Virus record (IMG/VR): IMGVR_UViG_3300032285_004054
Coordinates: 154,401-218,400 of that record
Strand: one strand, 5' to 3'
DNA: 64,000 nucleotides
The position numbers were made by a program, and so were the translations under genes. This document shows, in pieces, positions 9,070 through 19,788 of this stretch. The notes under the pieces were generated by a model. That model saw nothing but the letters and a program-made list of their open reading frames with translations, made no database searches and was not told where the DNA came from. Position 1 is the stretch's first letter, and each line of letters starts with the position of its first letter.

Positions 9070-10867
9070 TGTTGTTTAATATATATGTAAAACCGTTTCT
9101 TTTTTCAAGCTGAATAATACTATCAACTTTACTGTTAATAGCGTTACTACGATGTGTTATAATATAACATCCTTCATTATATTTTTCAAGACGTTCACGT
9201 AATACTTTCATTACTAATTCAACACCTTTGTCGTCTAAAGAGGAATCGAGTAGTTCATCATAAAAAATAGTACTAAAATTAATATCGCCCTGTAAGCGTC
9301 TAATGTCTAGAAAAGCAAATAAACAGGCGAGGTCAATTCTTTTACGTTCACCACCAGAGAAGTTAAAATAAGATTTAACTTCGTTATTTTCATCGATAAT
9401 TTGCTCATCAAAAAACTCGTTAAACTGACATAAGCAATTTGCATGTAGTGCATTTAAGTAGTGAGCTAATCTAGCATTCAATAGCTTTAATATTTTTTTT
9501 ACAATATAAGCTTTAACTCCTTCCTCTGAAACAACAAATTTAACACTATCCAATACGTTTAAATTTAAATCTAACGCATCTATTTGTTGGATGTAGTTAT
9601 TTTGCTCTATTGTTAAATTTTTAACGTTTTCTTCTAAAGAAGTGTTAGTTTCTTGTTTAACAGATTCGATATCTCTTAGAATCTCGTTATTACTTTCTTC
9701 AATAATATTAAGCTTATTTGTACAGATAATATTTTTATTTTTAAGATCTTTAATCTTATCTTTTTTATCTTGTAGTTCTCTAAATTGCTGTTTAATATAC
9801 TTAATGTTTTCTTTAACATTATCGTATTGCTCTTGCCACTTGCTTACGTTTTTAGTGTACTGTACTTCTTTTTCTTTTAACTTATTAATAGCATCAGTTC
9901 TATGTGTCGTATCTTCTTCAGAGTATGGTCGTTGACACAGCTTACACGATGAACCTACCTTTTCAATCTCTTTAATATTGTTAATATTTGTTTCTAATTC
10001 GAACTTAGCAGTAGTTAACTGCTGTAATGTATTTGTATGCTCAGTATCTGCTGCAACTTGAAGCTCGTTTAGTTCTGTTTCTTTATTTGAAATAAGCTCT
10101 TCAATATTTACTGGTACATCAATTATACTATTTTTAAGTAGGGTATAATTGCTGTTATTGTTTTCAATTTTAACCTCAAGATCTTTTATTTTGTTTTGTT
10201 TATTAACATTGAACTGATTAAGTTGTACTAGATTAAATTCAAGAGTTTTATCAATTGTTGTTTTTTTAGCAAAAACTACATCATACTCTCTCTTCAACTC
10301 ATTGTATTGCTCTCTAGCTTTTAAAAGCATCTCTGAAAACACTTCTAGATTAAGCGTGCTTTCGATAAATTTTCGTTTATCAACTTTAGACTGTGCCATA
10401 AAAGGTACAGTATTATTAATCGTCATTACAACAGTATTTTGAAATATTTTGCTAGTAGAGTTTACTAACTGTTGTATATACTCGTTTGTTTTAGGTAAAG
10501 TTGAACGCGTGACATCAACACCATCTTTTAAGATGGAACATTTTGTAGGTCCTAAGGACCGTGTTACGGTATAATTGTTTGTTATACCGTTTACGCTTAT
10601 TTGTAATTCGAGTTTAACTTCGCAATGTTTTTTATTATAAGAGTTAACAATAAGATCTTTACTTAGTTCTCTAATCGTTGAACCGAATAACGCAAAATGC
10701 AATGCATCGACGACTGTCGATTTACCTACACCGTTTTTAGAATCTTCCTTATCGTAGTTAATGCCTGTAATGACATTAATACCTGATTGAAAGTTAATAA
10801 CTATCGGTTCACTACCTACCGATAGAAAATTACGAACTGTAAGTGTTTTAAAGCTTATTACCCGCAC
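9056..10867 (-). CDS. 46: Recombination ATPase gp46 (SbcC/Rad50-like)
   Basis: NGVGKST, CKLC zinc hook, FSGGERKRID signature, DELLD. Confidence 0.96.
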   Translation of the reverse strand: MRVISFKTLTVRNFLSVGSEPIVINFQSGINVITGINYDKEDSKNGVGKSTVVDALHFALFGSTIRELSKDLIVNSYNKKHCEVKLELQISVNGITNNYTVTRSLGPTKCSILKDGVDVTRSTLPKTNEYIQQLVNSTSKIFQNTVVMTINNTVPFMAQSKVDKRKFIESTLNLEVFSEMLLKAREQYNELKREYDVVFAKKTTIDKTLEFNLVQLNQFNVNKQNKIKDLEVKIENNNSNYTLLKNSIIDVPVNIEELISNKETELNELQVAADTEHTNTLQQLTTAKFELETNINNIKEIEKVGSSCKLCQRPYSEEDTTHRTDAINKLKEKEVQYTKNVSKWQEQYDNVKENIKYIKQQFRELQDKKDKIKDLKNKNIICTNKLNIIEESNNEILRDIESVKQETNTSLEENVKNLTIEQNNYIQQIDALDLNLNVLDSVKFVVSEEGVKAYIVKKILKLLNARLAHYLNALHANCLCQFNEFFDEQIIDENNEVKSYFNFSGGERKRIDLACLFAFLDIRRLQGDINFSTIFYDELLDSSLDDKGVELVMKVLRERLEKYNEGCYIITHRSNAINSKVDSIIQLEKRNGFTYILNNNEQL

Positions 10868-10903
10868 ATGAATATTGTATATGATACATTAATCATTGCT
10901 ACT

Positions 10904-11512
10904 TTATTTTTTTACAATGTATGATGTAATACTTTGTCCGTTGTTTGTTGAATATACTTCACAAAATTCTATTTGGTTTTTTAAATTCAAAATTTGTTCT
11001 TCGGTTACATAAAAATTTTTATAATCTGAACAGTTAATGTTTTTAATATCTTTTAAAAGGCTTAAAGTTGTGCTTTCTGTTTTAGTTTCTAATAGACTTG
11101 TGTGTAAATCTTCTAATATGTAAATTCCTCCGCTTTTAAGTCTGTTAAAAATATTAACTATTGATACTTGCTGCTGAAGCATCGTATGACCTCCATCATC
11201 TATTATAAGGTCAAATTCTACTCCGTTAAAAACACTCTGTAAAAAATTAATATCTGTTTGATCGCCCTGTTCAATTACAATACGATCCTCTTGTAGGTAT
11301 TTTCGATCTTCTATATCGAAACCGTATATTGTTGCTTTTGGAAAGTATTCTTTCCACATACGTAACGATTGGCCTAAGAAAACACCTATTTCTAAAATAG
11401 AAGTGTAAGTATTTCTAAAATTTGAAAGTTTTTCATTATATATTTGTGTAAAGTGATGGTTTACAGCTTTATCTGTACTACATTTTAGTCCTATTTCAGT
11501 TAATATGTCCAT
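10904..11512 (-). CDS. Class I SAM methyltransferase (sugar O-methyltransferase-like)
   Basis: ILEIGV, YGFDI, IIDDGGH, YILEDL. Confidence 0.8.
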   Translation of the reverse strand: MDILTEIGLKCSTDKAVNHHFTQIYNEKLSNFRNTYTSILEIGVFLGQSLRMWKEYFPKATIYGFDIEDRKYLQEDRIVIEQGDQTDINFLQSVFNGVEFDLIIDDGGHTMLQQQVSIVNIFNRLKSGGIYILEDLHTSLLETKTESTTLSLLKDIKNINCSDYKNFYVTEEQILNLKNQIEFCEVYSTNNGQSITSYIVKK

Positions 11513-11515
11513 AAA

Positions 11516-12223
11516 TTATACTATTTTTGTAAATCCTTCGGTGTTCCATTTTCTATAAAATACTTCTTGAGCATCAAGAAGTTTCTTTCTTACCTGATCT
11601 GATGTCTCTTCAGATTCGGGTTTATTTAGCCCGTGTTCAATTTGGGATGCTGTATTTAAAGCATGCGGTAATTTGTTTGCCTGTAGACAGCGTTCATAAT
11701 CGTTATCTTGAAAATAAAAATCAAAACGCTCATCAAATTTACCAATAATATCAAAAACCTGTTTACGCATAAACAAACAAAAACCTAATAAAAATTTTGT
11801 TGTTTCATAACCAAAATATAAAGTATTATCTTCTGGGAAATCATTATATGTATTTCTATGCCAGGAACGATCTACCGGGCTTGCAGACATGAGAGTGTTA
11901 ATTTTATTAAACGCAAATACCATGTTCTCAAGGCATTTTGGTTTTGTTATAACATCGTTATTTGAAATACAAATAAACTCTGATGTACAGTATGTCAAAG
12001 CTATATTAAGAAATTTGTTGTAATTGAAATCGTAAGGCGGTACAACACTAATAATTTTATTAGAAATATTTTTCCAAATAGAGTTATCAAAGTCTTTATT
12101 ACTCTCAACCAGAATAATATTATTAATATACTGTTCTTCTTTAAGGTAAGACGTAATACATCTTAATACCATTTCATAATACTCACTATTTTTTGTATAT
12201 GTAAGTATAATAATATCGATCAT
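11516..12223 (-). CDS. Glycosyltransferase family 2-like
   Basis: N-terminal IIILTY, SNND, FDERFDFYFQDND. Confidence 0.8.
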   Translation of the reverse strand: MIDIIILTYTKNSEYYEMVLRCITSYLKEEQYINNIILVESNKDFDNSIWKNISNKIISVVPPYDFNYNKFLNIALTYCTSEFICISNNDVITKPKCLENMVFAFNKINTLMSASPVDRSWHRNTYNDFPEDNTLYFGYETTKFLLGFCLFMRKQVFDIIGKFDERFDFYFQDNDYERCLQANKLPHALNTASQIEHGLNKPESEETSDQVRKKLLDAQEVFYRKWNTEGFTKIV

Positions 12224-12939
12224 AGAGTTATACCTTCGAGGTGTTTTGTTTCTTGTGCGTATATACGCTGTACGTGCTGACCATGCATTAATATACCGAC
12301 ATTATTATGTGTTGCAGTACTACTTACGTCTATATCTTCATCCTTTTCGCCGTATTTACTAACATGCCAGGACATACCTTCGTAGTGTTTATATAGTACT
12401 CCGCTACCGTTATAGTTACCAATTTTTAATTTATGTTTTCTAATATCTTCGAAAAACGAAGAACCGATATCGTATCTCTTTTCTCCTCTACTCTTTTGTC
12501 TTTCAATATCAAAGAAATTAATATTATGATCTTTTACATGCTTAACGTTTATAAAACAATGCCAAGGATGTACTCTATTATATAGTTTTTTACCTGCACG
12601 GTCTCCTACTATTTCTCCCATTAGTGTTAAATCCATCTCTTTAAATTGTCTAAAGATTTCATCATGATTTGATAGAAAAATAACATCCGTATCTACTAGT
12701 AAAGCATAATCTGTTTTTACGTTTTTAAGTAAAATATCAACCGAAGGTCCGTGTATACCTCCTTTATTTTCAACAAATGGTATATTTGCTCTTTTGAGAA
12801 TATCTTTTGTAAGATTATCTATAGAATTTTCACATATTAATATATTACATTCTGGGTGAAACGCTCTAAATGTTTTTAACATATTAGACGTAACAACAGG
12901 AGTGTTATATGAGCAAGATATAAGAGTTAAATTATCCAT
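12220..12939 (-). CDS. Glycosyltransferase (GT-A fold)
   Basis: LISCSYNT, LLVDTD DxD motif. Confidence 0.7.
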   Translation of the reverse strand: MDNLTLISCSYNTPVVTSNMLKTFRAFHPECNILICENSIDNLTKDILKRANIPFVENKGGIHGPSVDILLKNVKTDYALLVDTDVIFLSNHDEIFRQFKEMDLTLMGEIVGDRAGKKLYNRVHPWHCFINVKHVKDHNINFFDIERQKSRGEKRYDIGSSFFEDIRKHKLKIGNYNGSGVLYKHYEGMSWHVSKYGEKDEDIDVSSTATHNNVGILMHGQHVQRIYAQETKHLEGITL

Positions 12940-13741
12940 TTTGCTTATAAATTTCTTTTAAGGATTTTTTTACTAAATCAAGCGGGGTATCAGGTATGCC
13001 ACCAGGTACGGTGCCATGCTTTTTAACAAAAATTTCATCAGCTGCTCTAACTATAGTTTGATGATCGCTTCTTGAACTAATTGTACTTGTTTGAAGAGTC
13101 CAAGGAATATCCTCTAGGTATTGATTTGAGTTTGCAATATCTGCAAAATACCAGAATGGCGGATGCATTCCTTTTTGTATAATTCTATAAGTGTGTTCTA
13201 CGTGTTCACACGCGTTAAAAAATAACTCATCAATTAACCCTACTTCTTCAAGACACTTACGCGTATAAAAAGAAAACGCACCCACACAATGTGGATATAA
13301 TGCAATTGAAAGATCCTCTGAATAGCTTATAACAGTTCTAGGGTTAGGGGTTTCGGATCTAAACATTTTATTCATAAGTCCGTGCTGACTATAATTAAAA
13401 TGCTGTATACCTGTGCCTTTTGAAGCATCTATATATCTCTGAAAAACACTTTCATCCTTAATAAGGATATCATCTTCTATTAAGAAAATGTAATCGCAAC
13501 CTTTTTCTAATAAAAGCTTTGTAGCATCATTTTTACTAATACCAACACCCTTATTGGTTTTATGCTGTATTAATGTAAAATTATCTTTATTCGGGTATAG
13601 ATCATCACTGTAAGGCGTACCGTCATTTACAACTACAACATGTTGTATCTTATCAACAGGTATAGTTTTAAAACTCTTTTTAAAGTAATTCTCTCTATTG
13701 TATGTTACAATACCTATACCTATTTTATTATTTGTTTCCAT
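12932..13741 (-). CDS. Glycosyltransferase family 2
   Basis: GIVTYNR, VVNDG, FLIEDD, EHVEHTYR. Confidence 0.85.
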   Translation of the reverse strand: METNNKIGIGIVTYNRENYFKKSFKTIPVDKIQHVVVVNDGTPYSDDLYPNKDNFTLIQHKTNKGVGISKNDATKLLLEKGCDYIFLIEDDILIKDESVFQRYIDASKGTGIQHFNYSQHGLMNKMFRSETPNPRTVISYSEDLSIALYPHCVGAFSFYTRKCLEEVGLIDELFFNACEHVEHTYRIIQKGMHPPFWYFADIANSNQYLEDIPWTLQTSTISSRSDHQTIVRAADEIFVKKHGTVPGGIPDTPLDLVKKSLKEIYKQNG

Positions 13742-14387
13742 TTTTAATTTCTTTTAGTTGTGGTTTAAGATCGTCAATACTAGGTATTAGCTGATCCCAG
13801 GGTAGTACATTATATTTGTATTTGTACCAGCCACTAGAGTACATCTCTAGAGTTTGTTTAGCAACTTTATCGTCCTTTTGAACGATATCAAATAACCAGG
13901 GTGTAGTCTTATCAATACTTGAAGGGTATAAGTTTGTACTTCCTAATCTAATTGCATAATCCATTGAGCATAATGAATCGTTAAGTCTTACATCTAAATA
14001 ACCAATTTTATCTATTGCTTGTCTTGTAAAAACCTCTAAAACAACTTTTTGCTCGCTACCGTTGCTTACATTTATCTTAACACTACCATAATCTATAACA
14101 GTACCTGTTTTAAGAGGCCCTGTGAGGTAGTTGATACCAGTTGAAATAATAGTATTTACGTACTGTTCAGCTACAATTCTCAATGAATTAACAGATAAGG
14201 GAGGTAGTTCATTGTTTGTGTTGTATATAACAAAATACTGATACTGTTCGTTATCAATAAAGCGTCGTAGAAAGCTATTTTTAGTAGCGGTAACATTTTT
14301 ACCTATAGAGGAAAAAAATATACCTGGTTCTTCTTCATTTTGAAGAGATGGCTTTGTAATAATACCAATTGCTATTTGATTATTCAT
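13728..14387 (-). CDS. Degenerate GT2-like protein
   Basis: FTRQAIDKIGYLD and DYAIRL resemble the GT2 C-terminal half of neighbouring genes; no clear DxD. Confidence 0.45.
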   Translation of the reverse strand: MNNQIAIGIITKPSLQNEEEPGIFFSSIGKNVTATKNSFLRRFIDNEQYQYFVIYNTNNELPPLSVNSLRIVAEQYVNTIISTGINYLTGPLKTGTVIDYGSVKINVSNGSEQKVVLEVFTRQAIDKIGYLDVRLNDSLCSMDYAIRLGSTNLYPSSIDKTTPWLFDIVQKDDKVAKQTLEMYSSGWYKYKYNVLPWDQLIPSIDDLKPQLKEIKNGNK

Positions 14388-15435
14388 TTGTTTGTTGTGA
14401 TATTTTATATAGTTCTAAGCATTTATCTAGTATACTTCTTTTATCTACATCAGTTGTTAATAAATTAACAAATTCTTGTAACGCTGTTTCAATGTCGAAA
14501 CTTAAATTTTCTAATTCTTCTCCTTCAACTTGTTTTTCTTCTAAGAGATTAAATTCAGTTCTTAAAGAGAGAGGTTTATACTGCGATATTTTTGTAATAA
14601 TAGAATCAATATGTTGAGCGGTTAATTTGTTATCAACATAAAGACTAACTATATTGTTTCTTACTATCTCCTCAACATTCTTTATAGAACCGTCAAATAT
14701 TTTTGCAGTATTAATTCTCTTATGCTTAGGTGAAAATGTATTTTCAATAAATTCAACATCTAGCGTATCTACATCTAATATCGAAACACCTTTTTGTTGA
14801 TCTCTGTCTCCAAAATCTAACTCATGAGGTGAACCTAGATATAATATACTTTTACCACCAGGGTAGAACCTATGCTCTCTAAAATGAAAATGACCTGATA
14901 TAACTAAATCAGCCTTATCATGTAAAAAGGTATTTTCAAAACCATGCTCACATACTTTATGTTGGTTCATTCTAAAATTAATAATATCAAAATGTCCAAC
15001 TATAACATCACACTTAGGTATACTCTTAGCTTCAGTACCCCAAGGGCAAAATGTAAATGATTTATCTCTAATTTTAAAATTACGTAACTCTTCAAAAACT
15101 GTTACGTTCTTATTATTAAGAATAGAAATCGAATTAACGTCAGATTTATCTTTATAGAAGCAATCATGATTACCAGTTATTGCTACAATATTAAAATCTT
15201 CTAATATATTAAAAAATCTATTCGCAGCATGTATTGTGTTAACACCAATTAAATGTCTATCATGAAAGATATCTCCTGCAATAATAATATCTTTAATATT
15301 GCGTTCAAGTAATGTCGATTTTAACCAATAAGCAAATTTGATAGCTATATCATGCCAGGTCTGCGAGTTTTGATGTACACCTAAGTGTATATCACTTATA
15401 CAGGCTATTTTTGGACCTGTGATATTATTCATCAT
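14380..15435 (-). CDS. 47: Recombination nuclease gp47 (SbcD/Mre11-like)
   Basis: SDIHLG, GDIFH, GNHD, SGHFH metallophosphoesterase motifs. Confidence 0.95.
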   Translation of the reverse strand: MMNNITGPKIACISDIHLGVHQNSQTWHDIAIKFAYWLKSTLLERNIKDIIIAGDIFHDRHLIGVNTIHAANRFFNILEDFNIVAITGNHDCFYKDKSDVNSISILNNKNVTVFEELRNFKIRDKSFTFCPWGTEAKSIPKCDVIVGHFDIINFRMNQHKVCEHGFENTFLHDKADLVISGHFHFREHRFYPGGKSILYLGSPHELDFGDRDQQKGVSILDVDTLDVEFIENTFSPKHKRINTAKIFDGSIKNVEEIVRNNIVSLYVDNKLTAQHIDSIITKISQYKPLSLRTEFNLLEEKQVEGEELENLSFDIETALQEFVNLLTTDVDKRSILDKCLELYKISQQTNE

Positions 15436-15985
15436 TTGTTGCTAGTGAATCGTCATAGTGATCACTACCGTCATCTTCTCTGTGAGCATTTTTCTGATAG
15501 GGTATCTGACCACTCTCTGCTAGTAGTTCATAAACTTCATTTTGATATCTATGAATAGTTTCATGTTCTTTCTTTTCTTTTTTAATTCTATTTTGAAATG
15601 CTCTATAAGCTACTTTTGTAAAGTAAGAAAAAGGATTATACCCGCTATCACACTTAAATCTCTTTCTAGTTAAAGCAGTCATCATCTTAATGATCGCGTC
15701 CCCAATCATTTCTTCCTTATATGAATAGTTAATAAAGTTCTGTGCGTACCCTAGACGTGTACCGATCTTTTGAATCATGTCGGCTAGTTCATTCTTAAGA
15801 TCGTTAGTTTTGTAGTACTCCTTTATAAGATTTTCCATCTCAATCGGGTCAACGTAATTTGGCTTAAGCTCTTCTTTAGTACGTCTGACTCTCTTCTTAC
15901 CTTTTGTAATAGCTTTATCGTCTAGTATTTCATCTAGATCTGGCTCTTCGAATCCGACGAACGCATCTTTTTGTTTTTTAATCAT
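15425..15985 (-). CDS. 55: Late-transcription sigma factor gp55
   Basis: NFINYSYKEEMIGDAI, NPFSYFT, FQNRIKKEKK. Confidence 0.92.
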   Translation of the reverse strand: MIKKQKDAFVGFEEPDLDEILDDKAITKGKKRVRRTKEELKPNYVDPIEMENLIKEYYKTNDLKNELADMIQKIGTRLGYAQNFINYSYKEEMIGDAIIKMMTALTRKRFKCDSGYNPFSYFTKVAYRAFQNRIKKEKKEHETIHRYQNEVYELLAESGQIPYQKNAHREDDGSDHYDDSLATNDE

Positions 15986-16021
15986 AAAATTTAATCAATA
16001 ATATACGATTGATATGTTTAA

Positions 16022-17470
16022 TCAACTCTCCAGTAGCTCTTTTACAGTAAAATCTATACTTTCATTTGTGTATAGTTCTATTCTTTCCTGTAAATGAGAA
16101 TTACCGTAACGTAGATTATCTCCTATATCAAAAATTGTAGCACGTTTTTTATTAGCGTGTAGACGAAGACTTCTACCTATGGATTGAATAATTTTTATCC
16201 TAGCTTTTCCAATAGCTGCAAACACAACATAGTGTAAGTTTTTAATATTAATACCGGTACTAAAAATTTTAGATATAGCAATACATACGATATTGTCGCT
16301 TGTCTCCATAAGTTCGCGTATTTTTTCTCTTTCATCTACCTCTACACCTCCATGTACAAAATAAACCATTTTATTAGTATTATTATAAAGTACGTTGTGT
16401 AGTTCTTCACCATGTGCGATACGATCAACCATAATGAGAATATTGTTTGATACACCATTAACGAGTTTAGTTATTACCTCATTACGAAATTTATTAGTTT
16501 GTAAAAATTGTATTTCTTCCTCATACCCTGCGGTAGGGTTAGACATAGACGGTGTTGTGAATGCAGGTAGATTTCTATAGTGTAACTTAAGTACAGCAAC
16601 AGTAACGTCGGTTATATATTTTTGTTCTCTTAAATCTATCGACTTCTTTGTGTATATAATCTTACCTATCTTACCAAAAATATTCCATTGGTCCATTTTA
16701 TTGTCGGGTAATGTACCTGTTAAACCGTAGCGAAACTTAGCAGGTATCTTGTCGATAACTTTATTTACTTTATTACCATGTTTAATCTTATGTACCTCAT
16801 CAACAATAAGAAGGTCTATATCTTTAAGAGCTGATAAATCTTGTTTTTCAGATTGTAATATCTGAGCATTTGAAATAATAATTGAAGCGTTTGGATCTGG
16901 TTCATTACTACCTGTCCATTTTGTTACACTACTTTCTGGTATTCCGTACTCAATAAAATCACTAGATGTCTGAGTAGCTAACTGTAGATCAGGTACTAAA
17001 ATTAATGTTTTACATTTATTAACTTGCTCCTGTATTGTACTAACAAGAGTAGCCATAACAAGAGTTTTACCTGCTGACGTAGGTAGAATTATAACACCAC
17101 CTCTATTTTTTATAGCTGCTTTAATAGTTTCTTCCTGATAATCTCTTAATGGTAGATTAAGTTTTGCAATTTTATCCTCAAATAAAAAAGGCGGTTCGTA
17201 CGCTTTCTTAAAAGCGTCACTTATTGTGATATCAAATTTAATTTCTAAACTTTGTAGATATTCAATTATTGTTGGTGCTAATCTAATCTCAAATCTACCT
17301 TGAGGTGTAATTACGTATTGTCTTGTTGAGGGACGATAACCTACTGCAAAACGTCTCTTAAAAGCTTGGTTTTTATCTTCAACAGAAAAATATTCTCTTA
17401 TGTTAGGTAGATAATCAGTTGTAATTACACCCTTCTTTCTACCAAAATCATAATCAAATAAAACCTTCAT
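16022..17470 (-). CDS. uvsW: SF2 helicase UvsW
   Basis: LRDYQ, PTSAGKT, DEVH, QSIGRSLR. Confidence 0.94.
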   Translation of the reverse strand: MKVLFDYDFGRKKGVITTDYLPNIREYFSVEDKNQAFKRRFAVGYRPSTRQYVITPQGRFEIRLAPTIIEYLQSLEIKFDITISDAFKKAYEPPFLFEDKIAKLNLPLRDYQEETIKAAIKNRGGVIILPTSAGKTLVMATLVSTIQEQVNKCKTLILVPDLQLATQTSSDFIEYGIPESSVTKWTGSNEPDPNASIIISNAQILQSEKQDLSALKDIDLLIVDEVHKIKHGNKVNKVIDKIPAKFRYGLTGTLPDNKMDQWNIFGKIGKIIYTKKSIDLREQKYITDVTVAVLKLHYRNLPAFTTPSMSNPTAGYEEEIQFLQTNKFRNEVITKLVNGVSNNILIMVDRIAHGEELHNVLYNNTNKMVYFVHGGVEVDEREKIRELMETSDNIVCIAISKIFSTGINIKNLHYVVFAAIGKARIKIIQSIGRSLRLHANKKRATIFDIGDNLRYGNSHLQERIELYTNESIDFTVKELLES

Positions 17471-17883
17471 TATGTTGTTTCAAGCTTAATAATTTCTATT
17501 AAGTTTTTTATATCGTAACTAACACTTCTAAAATTTGTTTCAACTTTACCTAGATACTCGACAAGTAATTCATTTTCTGCTATCTGATGATCTATTTTTG
17601 TAATAATTTCGTGATTGCTAGCTGCAATTTCCGCAGTCTTAGCAGTTATACCGACGGGTGATTCAGCTTTCATTTTTTCGCTAATTTTAGCGAGAGCTTG
17701 TTGGCGTAACTTGTTTAGCTTTATAACTTCCTGTTTATGGAACATAAGCCTACCAACCCAGTAATGTCTCGTAGCAGGTAGGTCTAACTGAACTTGCTTC
17801 ATATTAAATTCATCAAGAGCGATCGATTTTTTAATCGCTTCCTCGTATGTCTGTAAAAGAGAGATAGTACTTTCCTGTTCCAT
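17470..17883 (-). CDS. uvsY: Recombination mediator UvsY
   Basis: 137 aa helical ORF from ATG 17883 (track starts at an upstream GTG); YDIKNLIE C-terminus; adjacent to uvsW. Confidence 0.8.
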   Translation of the reverse strand: MEQESTISLLQTYEEAIKKSIALDEFNMKQVQLDLPATRHYWVGRLMFHKQEVIKLNKLRQQALAKISEKMKAESPVGITAKTAEIAASNHEIITKIDHQIAENELLVEYLGKVETNFRSVSYDIKNLIEIIKLETT

Positions 17884-17931
17884 CTCATTAATAATATGTG
17901 CTTTTAACCTTTTTACCACTAAATATTATAT

Positions 17932-18198
17932 ATGTCTTTGTTTGACAACATTGTTAATTCTATTTTAAAAGAAAGTGCTAATATATCTGGTGGTATTGGT
18001 AGTGCGTTTGGTCCGGGTGTAGGAGCGGAGGGAGCAACACAATTTTCAGCTGATACCTACGCAAGAGGAGATGCACGTATAGTTAAACCTTTAAGTAAAG
18101 GTGTAATCACTCGTAATGGAGTCGTAAAAACTGTATTTTCAACAGGTAAAAAAAGTAAAAAGAAACATTCCAGGCGCCGTAAACATAAAAGAAAGTAA
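17932..18198 (+). CDS. Late protein with capsid-targeting-like N-terminus and basic C-terminus
   Basis: MSLFDNIVNSILKES; TAAATA 6 nt upstream. Confidence 0.6.
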   Translation: MSLFDNIVNSILKESANISGGIGSAFGPGVGAEGATQFSADTYARGDARIVKPLSKGVITRNGVVKTVFSTGKKSKKKHSRRRKHKRK

Positions 18199-18614
18199 TG
18201 GAATACGGACATTGGATTGTAAGAGAAGGTGTTAGTATATCTGAGGGTACTTTTGGGTTTATATATGAAATTACCAATACTGTTTTAAATAAAAAGTATA
18301 TAGGTAAGAAGCAGTGTACAAGTCGTATTAAACGTAAACCTCTTAAGGGTAAAACACGTAATAGAATAGAACATAAGGAATCTGATTGGAAGTTATACAC
18401 AAGCTCCTCAAATGAACTAAATGAAGATATAGCAAAGTACGGAAAAGATAAGTTTTGTTTTGAAATTATAAAAGAATGTAATTCGAAGTGGGAATTAGCA
18501 TATTATGAAATTAAAGAGCAACTCGATAAACAGGTTCTTTTAAGGGAAGACTACTATAACGGTATAATAAATGTAAGAATAGGTAGACCTCCTAAAAGTG
18601 CTAAGATTAAATAA
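18198..18614 (+). CDS. Free-standing GIY-YIG endonuclease-like protein
   Basis: GFIY-x10-YIG plus conserved R and E. Confidence 0.85.
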   Translation: MEYGHWIVREGVSISEGTFGFIYEITNTVLNKKYIGKKQCTSRIKRKPLKGKTRNRIEHKESDWKLYTSSSNELNEDIAKYGKDKFCFEIIKECNSKWELAYYEIKEQLDKQVLLREDYYNGIINVRIGRPPKSAKIK

Positions 18615-18619
18615 AAGAC

Positions 18620-19204
18620 ATGAAGCAGGTTAATAGATGTATGTATTGTCAGAGTACGAGTTACGGTAGAGGTTGTAACTACGGTCCTCACGGTATACAC
18701 TTTCATCCTGATGACACCAAGCTTTGTTCATATTGCGGTTCAACCAACTACGGTAATGGCTGCTTAACAAACCCTTTTGGTAAAGTACATATTCACGGAA
18801 TAATGTATAATAATATGTTAAAAGAATCACTAGTTAACGGGTTTTATATGCACGAAATGTTTAAAGATCTTAAGGAATACCGAGCATACAAGTTAGGTAT
18901 TATTGACGAGAGCGGAAATAAAATTAAAGAACCTATAACGGAAGAGGAGCGTGCTGCTTTCTCCCCTATAACCAAAAACTTTATTAAAATAAAGCGTTAT
19001 TTGGGATCTAAGTTAGATCTTATTAACCGTGCAACAATCCTCGAAAAAGAAACAAAATTAAACTATAATAAGGAAGATCATAAAAAGCTGTTAAAGCATA
19101 CAGATGAGTTTGAAAATGTTTTTGAACAGTTACATAGAGCAGTAGATGCAGCTCTAGAGGATGGTTTAACCCACGAGCAAATTGAAAGCTTGTTGCAGAA
19201 ATAA
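18620..19204 (+). CDS. Hypothetical protein with duplicated Cys/His motif
   Basis: Two CxYCxSTxYGxGC...H repeats; TAAATA 6 nt upstream. Confidence 0.65.
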   Translation: MKQVNRCMYCQSTSYGRGCNYGPHGIHFHPDDTKLCSYCGSTNYGNGCLTNPFGKVHIHGIMYNNMLKESLVNGFYMHEMFKDLKEYRAYKLGIIDESGNKIKEPITEEERAAFSPITKNFIKIKRYLGSKLDLINRATILEKETKLNYNKEDHKKLLKHTDEFENVFEQLHRAVDAALEDGLTHEQIESLLQK

Positions 19205-19218
19205 ATTTACATTATAAT

Positions 19219-19722
19219 ATGGGTATGAAAATAAAAGAATACCCTGATAAGAGGATTTGTACTATAGATTTCTATCCTCTATTAGAACAAGCTACTAAAG
19301 AAGTATTAACGGCTTGTAAGCGTTATAACATACCTCTTAATACTACCGGAAGGGGTTCAACAGATGTGTCCCGCTTTTTTTATCATTTTTGTTTAGAAAA
19401 GTTTCTAGAAGGGTACAAGAGCTGTAATTCAAAGTACCCTAAAGTACTGGTTTTTTACCCTATTACTAATGGTGTATTGAAGAATTTTGTTGACAAGGGA
19501 CTTGATAAGGTCCTTAAGATATTACCCGTGCCTTGGTGTAAGGTAAAGAAGTTTGATTCACCGGATACGTCAACAGCTGCGCTAGGTGCAATTGAAAAGA
19601 ATCGTAACGTAGCACAGAACTTAGACAAGTTTGCTAGATCGAATGAACTGTTTTCCTTCCTGAAGAAAAAATATAAAGTTTTTTTAAATGGTACAGTTGA
19701 TTTAACTGAAGACCCCCAATAA
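19219..19722 (+). CDS. Hypothetical protein
   Basis: 167 aa ORF; TATAAT immediately upstream (likely start ATG 19225). Confidence 0.6.
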   Translation: MGMKIKEYPDKRICTIDFYPLLEQATKEVLTACKRYNIPLNTTGRGSTDVSRFFYHFCLEKFLEGYKSCNSKYPKVLVFYPITNGVLKNFVDKGLDKVLKILPVPWCKVKKFDSPDTSTAALGAIEKNRNVAQNLDKFARSNELFSFLKKKYKVFLNGTVDLTEDPQ

Positions 19723-19788
19723 GTGAATTAAAGACCCTTTAAGCCCCCTGAACAATTGTTTTTATGGAACTTTCAATAAATATATTAT

